From an uncultured virus (IMG/VR IMGVR_UViG_3300027798_000043) (taxonomy: Duplodnaviria > Heunggongvirae > Uroviricota > Caudoviricetes > Crassvirales): a stretch of 64,000 bases of DNA. The stretch's first letter is position 1; every line of letters starts with the position of its first letter. The stretch is from IMG/VR virus record IMGVR_UViG_3300027798_000043; one strand, 5' to 3'. Below, in pieces: positions 28,801 through 37,590 of this stretch. Position numbers and translations under genes: made by a program. Below the pieces are notes generated by a model. It did not search any database. It saw nothing but the letters and a program-made list of their open reading frames with translations, and was not told where the DNA came from.

Positions 28801-31306
28801 AGGCATAACCGATAAAGGTAACGCGTTCAAAGTAATTAGTATAGTCGCGAACGGCATGATGGATCGTATTAAAGACAAAGGCATAGAAACCTTAGTTTTT
28901 ACAGCAAAAGAGCCAAGCCGCATAAAACTTTACAACGCTTTGTCTACCTCGTTTTCTGCTAAATTAGGATGGGACGCTTACTTTAAAGACGGGGTTTATG
29001 TAATTACAAAAAATAAAGATGGCATAGGCGCCGATACCGGTATTGGTAGTTTGAAAGAAGTAAGAGGTGTTTTGAATGTTGTAGATATTAAATCACCAAT
29101 AAACCAAGCAAAAATTAAATTTAGTAAAACTTTAAATTCTAGATTTAATGATATACTACAAGAGAATGTAGGATTAGATCCTAATGAAAATTTCTCTGAT
29201 ATATTAGCTAAAAGAAAAGGTACTGCTATTGGTAAATATAGATTTTTTGTTCCTCCATCCGCAGCCGACTTTGAATTACTTTTGTATGACTTCTTAGGAA
29301 GAGGAAAGGTTGGCGAAAGACAGTACAAGTTTTTTACTAAAGCATTATTAGAACCGTACTCAAATGGTATTGCGCTAATAGATGCAGCTAAGCAGTCAAT
29401 TAAGAATGATTATACGGCTTTAAAAAAAGCTTTTCCAGATGTAAATAAAAATTTAGGCAAACTAACGCCTGATGGTAACTTTACTTATGACCAAGCTATA
29501 AGGGTTTCTATGTGGAACTCTATGGGAGCCGAAATACCTGGACTAGATCAAACTGACATTACCGCAATGGTTAATTTTGTAAATAACGATGCATCCTTAT
29601 CCGCTTACAAAGCCGGGTTAATAGCTACCGGCCGTCAAGGCACTGGATGGATAGAACCTACAGAATACTGGGATGCTGAAACTATAATTTCTGATTTACA
29701 TAACATAACAGAAAAATTAGGTAGAAAAAAATACTTAGCTGAATTTATAGATAATTCAAAAGAAATATTTACGCCTGAGAATCTAAATAGAATTGAAGTA
29801 GTATATGGATCTAACTTTAGAGAAGCTTTGGAAGATTCTATTTATAGCATGTCTAATGGAACAAATAGGGAAGGTGGTCCCGGTAGAATAAACGCCGCAT
29901 GGTTAAATTGGATTAATAATTCTACAGGAGCTATAATGTTTTGGAATACTAGATCAGCTGTACTGCAAACCGTTGGGGCTATTAACTATTTAAACTGGAG
30001 GGATAATAATCCTTTAAATGCAGCTAAAGCATTTGCAAACCAACCACAATACTGGAAAGACTTTTCTTATATCTGGAATTCAGATAAAATGAAGGAAAGA
30101 AGATCTGGCTTGAAAGAAGACGTTAGTTCCGCCGAAATAGCTAACGCCGCCGCAGGTAGTAAAAATAAAGCTAATGCTGTAATATCTTATTTATTGAAAA
30201 AAGGATTTTTACCAACACAAATTGGTGACAGTTTTGCTATTGCCTCAGGCGGAGCTGCATTTTATAGAAACCGTATTGATTATAATTTAAAGCAAGGAAT
30301 GTCTGAAGCAGAAGCTGAGTCTAATGCTTGGAAAGAATTTTTAAAAGTAACAGATCAAACGCAACAATCTGGAGACCCAAGAGACGTGTCGCAACAACAA
30401 AGAAGCGCAGCAGGTAGATTAGTATTAGCATTTCAGAATACATCAATGCAGCAAGCTAGACTTGTTAAGAAAGCAGGGTTAGATCTTATAAATAATAGAG
30501 GCGATGCAAAAACGAATATATCTAAGATCGTATATTATACAGCGGTTCAAAACATTATTTTTGGAAGTTTGCAAAGTGCTTTATTTGCTACAATTTTTAG
30601 CAGTGACAGTGACGAAGAGAAAGAAAAAAAGAAACAAACCGTCGAAGATAAATGGCTTGACATTGGTAATAACATTGTTGATACTATACTGCGTGGTTCT
30701 GGCATGGCTGGTGCTATTGTAGCGACTCTTAAGAATACTTATTTAAAATATAATGAGGAACATGAAAAAGGTTTTAAAGGCGACTATGCTAAAGTAATAA
30801 CTGAAGCCGCTAATATTGCGCCGCCATTAGGATCTAAGTTTACTAAAATGATGGGAGCAATGAAAACTGGAGATATTGAAAAAGATGTTATTGCTAAAAG
30901 GGGTTGGGGCATTACACAAGGAGGTAGGTTGGATTTAAGTCCGTCTTATTCTGTATTAGGACAGGGGGTTGAGGCCGTTACTAACTTGCCTATGAACAGG
31001 TTTGTTACAAAGGTTGGCAACCTGAGTGAAGCAATGGATAGTAGAAACAAATCCTGGCAACGTATTGCATTAGCAATCGGATACAGCCCCTATATTGTTG
31101 GAGCAAAGAATGAAGAAAGCGATATTATAAAAGCAGAGGCAAAAATTCAAAGGAAGATTGAAGGTAAAGAAAAAGCAATAGAAACTAGAAGGAAAAACAA
31201 AGAAGAGCTAAGGAATATGCCTGCTAGCGAAAGACGCGCTTTAAGAGAAAAGAAACGTGAAGAAAAAAGAAAACTTAGAGAAAGAAAAAGGAACATGTAT
31301 AAATAG
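22823..31306 (+). CDS. Giant multidomain (polyvalent-type) internal virion protein
   Basis: 2827 aa; HELLH zincin motif, sigma-r2-like segment, HAD motifs DFDDT/LTAR/K/FADD, YHG ART-like insert, helical C-terminal domain; last gene of the virion operon. Confidence 0.8.
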   Translation: MFEYLLPDGTALPENEVIKLAKDSFTDINTYIKKNKLTLRPKQKKVEAKKEVVKPVVVEKPVAAEKPIVEKVKPAPIEKFNAKQFAKDLGASKGEGFYTKGERNIEKSGIKIKQLEDKTVQDVFDNFSDLSYTNLSPEEKNTIDDRSVELLSKKYKVGEDYSLSSNDIELKSKELLALASKKKKAIEGETYGERILDATAAGLNYAGEMFASMPETIYRVFALPQNAISMMTGNKELEASPEKLKADTGITNPIMDYFIDERNRLGKKNEIYDNANYDSTSIATNLQDGNYTDAFKLLGSGLAESAPISVGLMMGGAEMGIAKAAASSTALFAGPNVREQKEKKLDDSELSTVLKGFGIAGAEGVFSAIGEGSLGKVYKDIIKREGADVGSKIFKDGLVVAYQTALKKYGAPAAMLGEGLEEVATTVTQNLINEKPAFEGAMDSFIAGVGGGAVWGAPVNIAKATQGFKDGVTVHQINKTLKDQPVKTIKDVFNPNTPITNAQVNISLIPNSYKILNSQLDIAQNTDEITGEEADAIRKEFAGTYYAANKLKELKLNEDNNTKIANLLKERGALKAKVDAVNDPTLTTIQSNRIKELNVEIEGVIKDNAKTEIEKGIALSEKSILETGEKVYEKPLGTGKSFEVFDTAEEAQGAYDKWAEENGKKSEDIRESDGFKLPNGQMLINKERAIEVTALNVAPHELLHNIIDNEFTEPSKAEELKNKFLGTLSKAEREKLDIRILAEDSKGNRLYDDEYLKNSPGEYATQFFELVRNGDIKWSDNVKESLIRMWKGIFKPIFEKYGYKNIEFTDGRDIYNFIKDYSKSIEKGTLSTRAKKLLKQGEGVSGVTSFSKSADLKVELEKLLGKEDDFDDPQEFDDLVANLEFKIKSAIRAEEKAPVTEAKTEKPKTIVTEEEIVKEIIKNEKGTISSDKVQQIYSAKGKEGADEIIKLFKPITAKIVDKRRDAPGFDKELLTDEIESGKGGILDLIMKYDPNSGVPLAAYINKYLPVRAITSSRRVLESNFTSDVEAEVNVRATETADQGMTVNAPEKPKYKNALESNILEPKVLENVTNKIISTVRLLKSRIDAPVTLNRTVTPLIAEIRDEIGKQLDIDIKTMLGGKKDGALRKELLKAKRYILENMTTTWLMGKDGQGGIPQAIQKRIDGQWVSFPNWAGQKIDREAMSTDLAGRTSGAELVRRLPNVFNNVSNEEFLAQIIGPDGNPIRGRKESISKAMAEEVAFDITKRDLEEEGPIYDALKANQERLGVEILENLPVVFAKQADRGNIKLSKSVVKGINISTTKLAEDIFNAPDLQSEIKVINNWIASDGRSIRTLAYTLFGKDDGRATNLGLFKQIIAPIIKVNSKFEGLLTKDAYNIKQGARGYSIYLGEDKIPLWKDTESIKKDWKNNIGVINSEAIEATNRLVDIVDSFKKGKKTEDDLRSYFAVLKFDQRGLARKVSKAGLGVLGLKANQKPYLEHNAPNYDIMEKFVDYFNKKITEKQLRKFVENSKVNLVPVELNNFLPAYKEGMNRMHAPKVVLYLQGLIDKGHTILNLENEYGSKRKFNALVNLAKSNVNSDANINNANNINAVANSPTFSKTPKGISVFDFDDTVGLTKGSVLYTMPGDLMVYHGAPKGKDVTKISDKGVKFFATDKREADEYARMNSGVTQEFLINESDLVNEDAIIEKINELGLKPKNKEFEAEDASFYELIDTRFEESLSKADITKLFNALKKDGIKAISYSDGAQVSGRSTTSIAVIDPSIIATPKKLNAEEFAKNGSKLLEDGAVFDFSEFSKVVDGKPGPMVQKMKKMIDKFGPKNFFILTARPADAAGPIHEFLKSIDINIPLENITGLGNSTAQAKADWMVGKAAEGYNDFYFADDAPQNVEAVKKALEVPGITSKVQQAKLKFSLTTKQVLKWELDEDGHNALFTVGGRRYYISLIDTGAVSYDDKTLSTLYEIAEKNDLDTDEILVAKDGSSLNLEFLDRNKGQGITDKGNAFKVISIVANGMMDRIKDKGIETLVFTAKEPSRIKLYNALSTSFSAKLGWDAYFKDGVYVITKNKDGIGADTGIGSLKEVRGVLNVVDIKSPINQAKIKFSKTLNSRFNDILQENVGLDPNENFSDILAKRKGTAIGKYRFFVPPSAADFELLLYDFLGRGKVGERQYKFFTKALLEPYSNGIALIDAAKQSIKNDYTALKKAFPDVNKNLGKLTPDGNFTYDQAIRVSMWNSMGAEIPGLDQTDITAMVNFVNNDASLSAYKAGLIATGRQGTGWIEPTEYWDAETIISDLHNITEKLGRKKYLAEFIDNSKEIFTPENLNRIEVVYGSNFREALEDSIYSMSNGTNREGGPGRINAAWLNWINNSTGAIMFWNTRSAVLQTVGAINYLNWRDNNPLNAAKAFANQPQYWKDFSYIWNSDKMKERRSGLKEDVSSAEIANAAAGSKNKANAVISYLLKKGFLPTQIGDSFAIASGGAAFYRNRIDYNLKQGMSEAEAESNAWKEFLKVTDQTQQSGDPRDVSQQQRSAAGRLVLAFQNTSMQQARLVKKAGLDLINNRGDAKTNISKIVYYTAVQNIIFGSLQSALFATIFSSDSDEEKEKKKQTVEDKWLDIGNNIVDTILRGSGMAGAIVATLKNTYLKYNEEHEKGFKGDYAKVITEAANIAPPLGSKFTKMMGAMKTGDIEKDVIAKRGWGITQGGRLDLSPSYSVLGQGVEAVTNLPMNRFVTKVGNLSEAMDSRNKSWQRIALAIGYSPYIVGAKNEESDIIKAEAKIQRKIEGKEKAIETRRKNKEELRNMPASERRALREKKREEKRKLRERKRNMYK

Positions 31307-31333
31307 GCACCATACCTAACGTTCCAAAATAAG

Positions 31334-31367
31334 AAAGGGGACCTCGTAATGAGAATCCCCTTTTTTT
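31334..31367. terminator. Probable bidirectional rho-independent terminator between convergent modules
   Basis: AAAGGGGA-cCTC-GTAAT-GAGaa-TCCCCTTTTTTT at the convergence point. Confidence 0.8.
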
Positions 31368-31408
31368 ATTTATGTTCATTATTTATAAGTGTTCATTGTC
31401 AATGAACG

Positions 31409-33130
31409 TTAACCATCACAAGATAAACAACCCTCATCCATAGCTTTAGCCGCTATATCTCCACGTAGGACAGATTCAGTCCTCATATAATATAAAGTCT
31501 TAACTCCTTTTTTCCACGCATCCATGTGCACTTTATTGAGCCACTTAGGGGTTGCTTCACTTGGAAAAGCTAAATTCAAACTAACTGCTTGGTCAATATA
31601 CTGCTGTCTCAAGCCTGCCTGATTAACTAATTCTAATTGATTGATTTCTTTAAACGTTCTAAAAACATCTTTAGCCGGAACTTCGTGAGCACAGAATATA
31701 TTCTCAAGTTCATCAATACCCTGTACCGATCCTCCGTCTGCCAAAATCTTATTCCAAATTTCATCTGTATTTAATTTATGTTTCTTTAATAACTTAACTA
31801 ACGTAGGGTTTTTTCTAATGAATGTTCCTTTTGCGCTTTGTTCAGTGAAAACGTTTGCAGCCCACGGTTCAATCCCCGCTGACACGTTTCCAGAAAGCTT
31901 GCTATTACTAACAGTAGGAGCAAGGGCACGCAAGTGAGTGTTGCGCATACCAGTACCAACACACCATAAAGGCTCACCATAAACCTCAGCAAGAACACGA
32001 CTGGCACGTTCGCTTTCAATTTTGATTTGACTAAATATTTTTCTAGTTTCGTATTGCGCGAGCAAGCCTTCGAACGGCAGTCCTTTTTCTTGCAGGTATG
32101 TATGCCAGCCAAGCACTCCGAGGCCAAGTGCTCTTCCCTTAGTTGCTGACCTAATTGAATTTTCAAATCCACGTAATCCTTTTGCTCTTTGTATAAACTC
32201 CTCCATGACTCCATCAAGAAACCATACTGAGTCATAAATGAGGTTAGTGTCTTTCCACTCTTCATATTTTGCTAAATTTAATGACGATAGACAACACACA
32301 AAACTGTGCGTCTCGTCTGTATGTAATGTTATTTCACTACATATATTAGTCATGTGAACTTTTAAACCGTTGGTTTTATATGCTTGCGGATTTGCCTTAT
32401 TAACATTCCCTTTAAACATGATGTACGGCTCTCCAGTCGCTTTTCGCTTTCTAAGAAGTTTACTCCATCTATCTCTAGCTTTAGCATCTCCTTGTTCAAG
32501 CTTTCGCATAAATTTGTCACCAACAACTGCACATTGATGTAGATTAAGTGATTGTCTATTGACATCTCCTTTGGGTTCGCGGATTTCAAGCCATTCCTCA
32601 AAATCAGGGTGTTCAATGTTGATGTTAACTGATGCTGCTCCTCTTCTAACAGAACCTTGATTTGTCGCAAGGATTGTTGAATCATAGATTTTACAAAATG
32701 GCACGACTCCGTCTGATGTTCCATTACCTGTTATTTTAGCGCCAGCGGGTCTAATTTGATTAATACCGACACCAACTCCACCGCCGTGCTTAGCGAGTAG
32801 CATCATCTCTAAATTTTTAGTACCAATATCTTGAATACTATCTGCAACATCAATTCCAAAACAACTAATAGGCAATCCTCGATCTGTGCCTGTATTAGAC
32901 AACACTGGAGAGGCTAAACATAGCCAACCATTCCAAATGTATTCAAAAAACTTTTCAGCTAGTTCTGGTTTGTATAAACGCCTCGCTACTGTTTTAGCAA
33001 CCCGCAAATAAGCATCTGCGGGCGATTCATCAAATATTAAGTAACCTCCTGTTATTGTTTTCTTGTATACATCTGTATCACCCCATGCGGGATAATCTAT
33101 ACCTTTAACCCACTCATTATTCCACATCAA
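31409..33130 (-). CDS. nrdA: Class I ribonucleotide reductase alpha subunit (short, no ATP cone)
   Basis: ASPVLSN, PISCF, GGGVG, QGSVRRGA, TNICSEI catalytic motif, APTVSNS, KTLYY, C-terminal CLSC. Confidence 0.95.
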   Translation of the reverse strand: MMWNNEWVKGIDYPAWGDTDVYKKTITGGYLIFDESPADAYLRVAKTVARRLYKPELAEKFFEYIWNGWLCLASPVLSNTGTDRGLPISCFGIDVADSIQDIGTKNLEMMLLAKHGGGVGVGINQIRPAGAKITGNGTSDGVVPFCKIYDSTILATNQGSVRRGAASVNINIEHPDFEEWLEIREPKGDVNRQSLNLHQCAVVGDKFMRKLEQGDAKARDRWSKLLRKRKATGEPYIMFKGNVNKANPQAYKTNGLKVHMTNICSEITLHTDETHSFVCCLSSLNLAKYEEWKDTNLIYDSVWFLDGVMEEFIQRAKGLRGFENSIRSATKGRALGLGVLGWHTYLQEKGLPFEGLLAQYETRKIFSQIKIESERASRVLAEVYGEPLWCVGTGMRNTHLRALAPTVSNSKLSGNVSAGIEPWAANVFTEQSAKGTFIRKNPTLVKLLKKHKLNTDEIWNKILADGGSVQGIDELENIFCAHEVPAKDVFRTFKEINQLELVNQAGLRQQYIDQAVSLNLAFPSEATPKWLNKVHMDAWKKGVKTLYYMRTESVLRGDIAAKAMDEGCLSCDG

Positions 33131-33335
33131 GTTCTAGTTTTTTTTCGTCTGATTTAGCAATCACATCTGCTTTTAGTTTTTCTATTGCTTCGTTATATCC
33201 AGGCATGGTTTTTAAAGCTTCTAACGTGCCAATTGATAAGTCTCTTAAGTTTGTTAATTCATTTATAACTTGCCGCATTACTCTTGACAAAGCTTCAACT
33301 TTGTTTTTCATTTCTACTAATGACTGTTCTTTCAT
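33117..33335 (-). CDS. Hypothetical protein
   Basis: 72-aa ORF between nrdB and nrdA. Confidence 0.65.
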   Translation of the reverse strand: MKEQSLVEMKNKVEALSRVMRQVINELTNLRDLSIGTLEALKTMPGYNEAIEKLKADVIAKSDEKKLELDVE

Positions 33336-33350
33336 TTTATTATTTTTTAA

Positions 33351-34319
33351 TTACCAAATATTTTCATAATCTTCTCCTTCGCCAGCTTTACTGTAATCTG
33401 TAGATCTTATTGCAAAGAAATCCGTATGCGTATGTCCGCCAGTTAAATGGTAAAACCAATCTAAATTTGCTGCAGCATCTTTGTCATAAGCAAAATGATC
33501 TTTTAATTCAACGTAACCAAGCTCCATCAACTTCTCATTTGTACGTTTCTTAATGAAATGTTTTAAGTCTATTGCTTTAATACCCTCAATATCACCCATC
33601 TCAAACATCTTGTCGATATAAGCAACTTCTAGTTCTATCATCGTATTAGCGGCTACTATTATATCTTTTTTGCATAAGTGTAATAATTGTGTGTTTTCTC
33701 TGCACATATCGCGAAATAACTTACAACCCATTTTACTGTGTAATGATTCGTCACGCACGCTCCACTTCATTTGTTGTCCGATGCCTTTTAATAAATTCCG
33801 CATTTGAAAAGAATATAATACAGCAAAAGCAGAATAAAGACTAACCCCTTCAGCAAAGGCACTAAACACAGCAAGAGACTTAGCAATCCCAGCGTGAGAG
33901 TTACCTTCATATCCAACCAAGTTGTTAAACCTTTCAGCCGTAGCAGGTTCATGTAAAAAAGCTTTGTAATCTTCAAGTCCAAGTGTTTCATTTAAGTAGC
34001 TATAAGCAACAGCGTGAATAGTTTCTTGTGATCCAAACATCATAGCCATTTGTTGTATTTCGTGTTTAGGAAACCAACTAACAACTTTTTGTGTCCAATA
34101 ATCTGAAACTGCGCATTCTGTTTGAGCAAAACCTAGTAGAATATTGCCTACCAGGTTCTTTTCTTTTTCATTTAATTTTTCATTCCAATCTTTTAAATCT
34201 CCTGACATACTTATTTCAGTATGCAACCAAAAAGCCTGCGCTTGTTTGAGCCACCCTTCCGTGTAATAGTCGGGATATTCAAATGGTTTGTATTCTAATC
34301 TCTTATCAAATAATCCCAT
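33351..34319 (-). CDS. nrdB: Class I ribonucleotide reductase beta subunit
   Basis: FWLHTEI, ETIHAVAYS, EGVSLYSAF, RDESLH, DFFAIRSTDY. Confidence 0.95.
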   Translation of the reverse strand: MGLFDKRLEYKPFEYPDYYTEGWLKQAQAFWLHTEISMSGDLKDWNEKLNEKEKNLVGNILLGFAQTECAVSDYWTQKVVSWFPKHEIQQMAMMFGSQETIHAVAYSYLNETLGLEDYKAFLHEPATAERFNNLVGYEGNSHAGIAKSLAVFSAFAEGVSLYSAFAVLYSFQMRNLLKGIGQQMKWSVRDESLHSKMGCKLFRDMCRENTQLLHLCKKDIIVAANTMIELEVAYIDKMFEMGDIEGIKAIDLKHFIKKRTNEKLMELGYVELKDHFAYDKDAAANLDWFYHLTGGHTHTDFFAIRSTDYSKAGEGEDYENIW

Positions 34320-34325
34320 ATATTT

Positions 34326-34472
34326 TTATTTTTCTATTTCAAAAGCAATATCTATGAATGGTAAGTATAAAACATGCGTTGAATACGTCTCTTCTTCATA
34401 AGTTCTTATTCCAAATAGGACTCCCGGATAAAATCCAATTGTTAAACTCCAATATTTATCTTTTTTTTCCAT
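34326..34472 (-). CDS. Small hypothetical protein (not in ORF track)
   Basis: 48 aa MEKKDKYWSLTIGFYPGVLFGIRTY...FEIEK, A-rich start context, fills the gap before nrdB. Confidence 0.6.
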   Translation of the reverse strand: MEKKDKYWSLTIGFYPGVLFGIRTYEEETYSTHVLYLPFIDIAFEIEK

Positions 34473-34604
34473 AATATTTTATTTAATTATCTATTTTATA
34501 TTTTTCTCGCATTTTTAATATATCCTTATACTTAACTTTACCATTAACATTGAAAGACCACTTAACCCATTTATCAAATTGCCTTTCAGCGTAATTTTTC
34601 CCTG

Positions 34605-35050
34605 CTAACCTTCTCGATTCTGCAGGATTAACTGAACTGTCTTGTCGCATTCTGGTTGATTTTGTGGTTTATATAATGTTCTTGTGTCATCGTTATCGTG
34701 CATCCATTTCTTGAATAACTTCCATCGTAATGGGAAAGATTCGTTGGCCCTGCCTTTTGTTTCAATTATAAAGTCTCTGCCAATGAAGTCTGGTGTATAT
34801 TTTAAGTTAAGTATTTTTTTGTCGCCACGGTCCTCAAAGCCTCCTTTACCATTGGATTGTCTCTCAAAGCTTTTGTTCGGAAATTGAAAACTAGGGACAA
34901 GTTCAAAAGTGTGTGATTCATATTGTGCTTTTATATCGTGTTCTTTTAATACTTTGTACATATACTTTTCAAGACCTGAAGCAAAGGTAATGCCGTCGTA
35001 CATTACCTTTTTTGCTACTACAGGGCCTTTCTTTCTGCTAACCCTTTTCA
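34605..35050 (-). CDS. T7 endonuclease I-like Holliday junction resolvase (PD-(D/E)xK)
   Basis: FASGLE, QYE, YTPDF...IIETKG; likely start MKRVSRKK at 35050. Confidence 0.8.
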
Positions 35051-35335
35051 TTAATTGCAATTGCAATTACGAGCGCTAACTAATTCATAATTAACTTCCA
35101 CACGTTTAATCATACATTCTTGTTCAAGATCAGTTAACTCTTCTTTTAAACGTTGCATGTATAGCACAGCATCCATTAACTCTTCTTGTAAATGATTAGC
35201 CCAAGCAAACAAATCTGACTTGTCATCACGCAATGTTTTACCATATTTTGCAAAGCCAACATCTGATCTACTTATAAATTTGTCTACAACTGATTCAACT
35301 ACTGGATCTCTAAATTCAATTTCTTTTTTTCTCAT
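35051..35335 (-). CDS. Small all-alpha NTP-pyrophosphatase-like protein
   Basis: RSDVGFAKYG.TL, HLQEELMDAVLY (EE..D metal motif). Confidence 0.5.
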   Translation of the reverse strand: MRKKEIEFRDPVVESVVDKFISRSDVGFAKYGKTLRDDKSDLFAWANHLQEELMDAVLYMQRLKEELTDLEQECMIKRVEVNYELVSARNCNCN

Positions 35336-36234
35336 TATAATGTTGTTGTGTTTAATTGTGTATTACCTGTAGTCCCAACTCTAATCGTATTACTTCCTGT
35401 AATTGGACAAGGAGTATTGCATTCTACAGTATAAGTAAGCGTATCTTTAACAAATGAGCCATTTTCCATTTTGCCCTTGCGGCTTGCAATTACTTTGTAA
35501 GCTGATGTAACACAGTCTTCAATCCTTAATCCCTCTAACTTAGCTAAATTTGTCAATACAACAACACAATCTCCAATAGCATCAATAATTTCAGGTTTGT
35601 CTTTCTTTAGAATTGCTCTAGCTAATTCTCCTGCTTCCTCTTGTAATTTTACATATTGTGTTTTAGAATCGCCGTCTTTGTATATTCCTCTTGATTCAGC
35701 CCACAATCTAATAAGATCATACACATTGCTAGGATCAAAATAATCCTCATCTTTACTTTTTGCTTTAGGCTTTAATAATGTTTTAGCAAATTCGTCTAAA
35801 GCTTTGTTGTATATATAAGATCTACCGGTTCTAAACATAGATACACTAGCGTTCTTTACAATCCATTCTGCAATTGCGGGAGTTAACGTATAACTACCAA
35901 AGTTTGTTTCAAATTGTATTCCTAAATTGTCAAACAAATTACCTTTTAATTTGTTTACCGGGCATGGGAATGTTGTTGTTTGTTCTGTTACGTTTAATAG
36001 CATTTTTTGTTTTTTGATTAAATTTTTATATGATTGTCTGTCTATCTTATAACCGTAGATAAGTTGAAGTTCTAATTCTCGCGCTGATATATAATCTATA
36101 TCTTCACTTGAATCTAGAACTTCGTATTCTCCAGTCTGATACCCTTGTTGTATCGTTAATCTATCTTTAAGATTACGTGTTATCCCAATCTTTTTACCAG
36201 GAATGTGATACAAATAATAAATTGTTTTTGTCAT
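35335..36234 (-). CDS. MazG-like NTP pyrophosphohydrolase with N-terminal GIY-YIG-like domain
   Basis: C-half KLQEEAGELARA...DAIGDCVVVLTNLA; N-terminus YYLYHI..KKIGIT..L..R...RELELQ. Confidence 0.7.
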   Translation of the reverse strand: MTKTIYYLYHIPGKKIGITRNLKDRLTIQQGYQTGEYEVLDSSEDIDYISARELELQLIYGYKIDRQSYKNLIKKQKMLLNVTEQTTTFPCPVNKLKGNLFDNLGIQFETNFGSYTLTPAIAEWIVKNASVSMFRTGRSYIYNKALDEFAKTLLKPKAKSKDEDYFDPSNVYDLIRLWAESRGIYKDGDSKTQYVKLQEEAGELARAILKKDKPEIIDAIGDCVVVLTNLAKLEGLRIEDCVTSAYKVIASRKGKMENGSFVKDTLTYTVECNTPCPITGSNTIRVGTTGNTQLNTTTL

Positions 36235-36243
36235 AATGTTTAC

Positions 36244-37011
36244 TTATACAGCTACTGTCGCTGTGATTACTGGTCCGTGTTTGTATGTAATTAATTCTAG
36301 TAGATTACCATCTAACTTATATTTAGGCAATTTAAAGTTATCTTGTTTAAGATATTCATGGACAGCTTCTAATTGATTATTGTATATATGAGCATCTACT
36401 ATCTGTATATCTAAAACATTAGCGTCTAAACCTGTATAATCAGCCACATATAATAGTATTCTAGTAAACAAAGCAACGTCATAAGGTATACCTAAAAATA
36501 AATCGCCAGATCTTTGCACAACAAACATATTAAGTTTACCTTTATCTACAAAAAATTGAAAGTACAAATAGCATGGTGGTAAAGCCATTTGATCTAATTG
36601 AACAGGATTCCATAAACTTATAATGTGTCTGCGGCTGTCTGGATCAATCATTAATGATTTTATTACATAATCCATTTGATCTATATTTTGGCTGTTAAAA
36701 TTGCGCATTTGATGCCCATACACAGGCCCAAGATCTCCATCCTCATCTGCCCAAGCATCCCATATCTTTATTCCAGCATCTTTAAAGATTTTAATATTTG
36801 TTTGACCAGACATAAACCATTCAAACTCTGTGTCAAATATCTTTTGTGACATTCTTCTACCAGTTATAATAGGAAAATACTTTGAAACATCTATACTTAA
36901 AGATGCATTGAAAATAGAACTACAACCTACTTTAGTACGATCTAATCTATGAGTTCCTTTTGTTAAACATTCCCATAATAATTCTTTATATTGTTCTTCA
37001 TAATTCTTCAT
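36244..37011 (-). CDS. thyA: Thymidylate synthase
   Basis: DRT.VG, IWDAWA, DLGPVYGHQ.R, PDSRR, MALPPC, QRSGD.FLGIPY, DAHIY. Confidence 0.95.
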   Translation of the reverse strand: MKNYEEQYKELLWECLTKGTHRLDRTKVGCSSIFNASLSIDVSKYFPIITGRRMSQKIFDTEFEWFMSGQTNIKIFKDAGIKIWDAWADEDGDLGPVYGHQMRNFNSQNIDQMDYVIKSLMIDPDSRRHIISLWNPVQLDQMALPPCYLYFQFFVDKGKLNMFVVQRSGDLFLGIPYDVALFTRILLYVADYTGLDANVLDIQIVDAHIYNNQLEAVHEYLKQDNFKLPKYKLDGNLLELITYKHGPVITATVAV

Positions 37012-37012
37012 A

Positions 37013-37351
37013 CTAGAATAGTTTTAAGTTATCGTTAATTACTTTTTCTTTTTTAATTTGTTTTTCTATTACTTTGGGTTCTTCTTTTATTTCATTCTTG
37101 GTATACTTATTATAGTAATAAAGATAGTATTTATATATTTGTTTCCATATCTCTACTTTGCCATAAGTTTCAGGACTTGTGCTTATCTTGCCATTAACAT
37201 TTATAGTTACATACCATTCAGTATTACTTTTTGCAAATGGTGCAATGTATATGCCATTTCTTATGCCCCACTCTCTAGCATCGCATTCACTGAGTTTGCA
37301 TGAATAAGTGCCCATGTCAACACCGCTTTTCTTTTTAGTTCCACTACCCAT
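37013..37351 (-). CDS. Hypothetical protein
   Basis: 112-aa ORF in operon. Confidence 0.7.
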   Translation of the reverse strand: MGSGTKKKSGVDMGTYSCKLSECDAREWGIRNGIYIAPFAKSNTEWYVTINVNGKISTSPETYGKVEIWKQIYKYYLYYYNKYTKNEIKEEPKVIEKQIKKEKVINDNLKLF

Positions 37352-37570
37352 TTATAATTTATATATTTCCGACTTAACATCAGAGTAAAAATCCCAATAA
37401 AATATCCTATTCTTTACATAAACACCAGTGGCTTTTTCATATTCATCAAACGCTCTTTCAACCCCTTTTATAATTTCGTCAATTGCTATTAACGCACTTT
37501 GTTTGGCTTGATAATCAGTAACTCCATACATTTTATCAATCAACTCTTTTGCTTTTTCTTTAGCTTTCAT
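37352..37570 (-). CDS. Hypothetical protein
   Basis: 72 aa, AKEKAKEL..K...AKQSALIAIDEII pattern common in flavobacterial phages. Confidence 0.7.
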   Translation of the reverse strand: MKAKEKAKELIDKMYGVTDYQAKQSALIAIDEIIKGVERAFDEYEKATGVYVKNRIFYWDFYSDVKSEIYKL

Positions 37571-37590
37571 AATTAATTTATTTTATATAT

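Noticed and set aside
140..30722. Antisense or alternate-frame ORFs in the track (e.g. 140-748, 17183-17599, 21552-21896, 23692-29328 set)
   Set aside because: Shadows of long, clearly functional genes with no independent motifs
34570..34600. Fifteenth promoter copy (TTATCAAATT...)
   Set aside because: Lacks the TCGTRT and TGTA blocks
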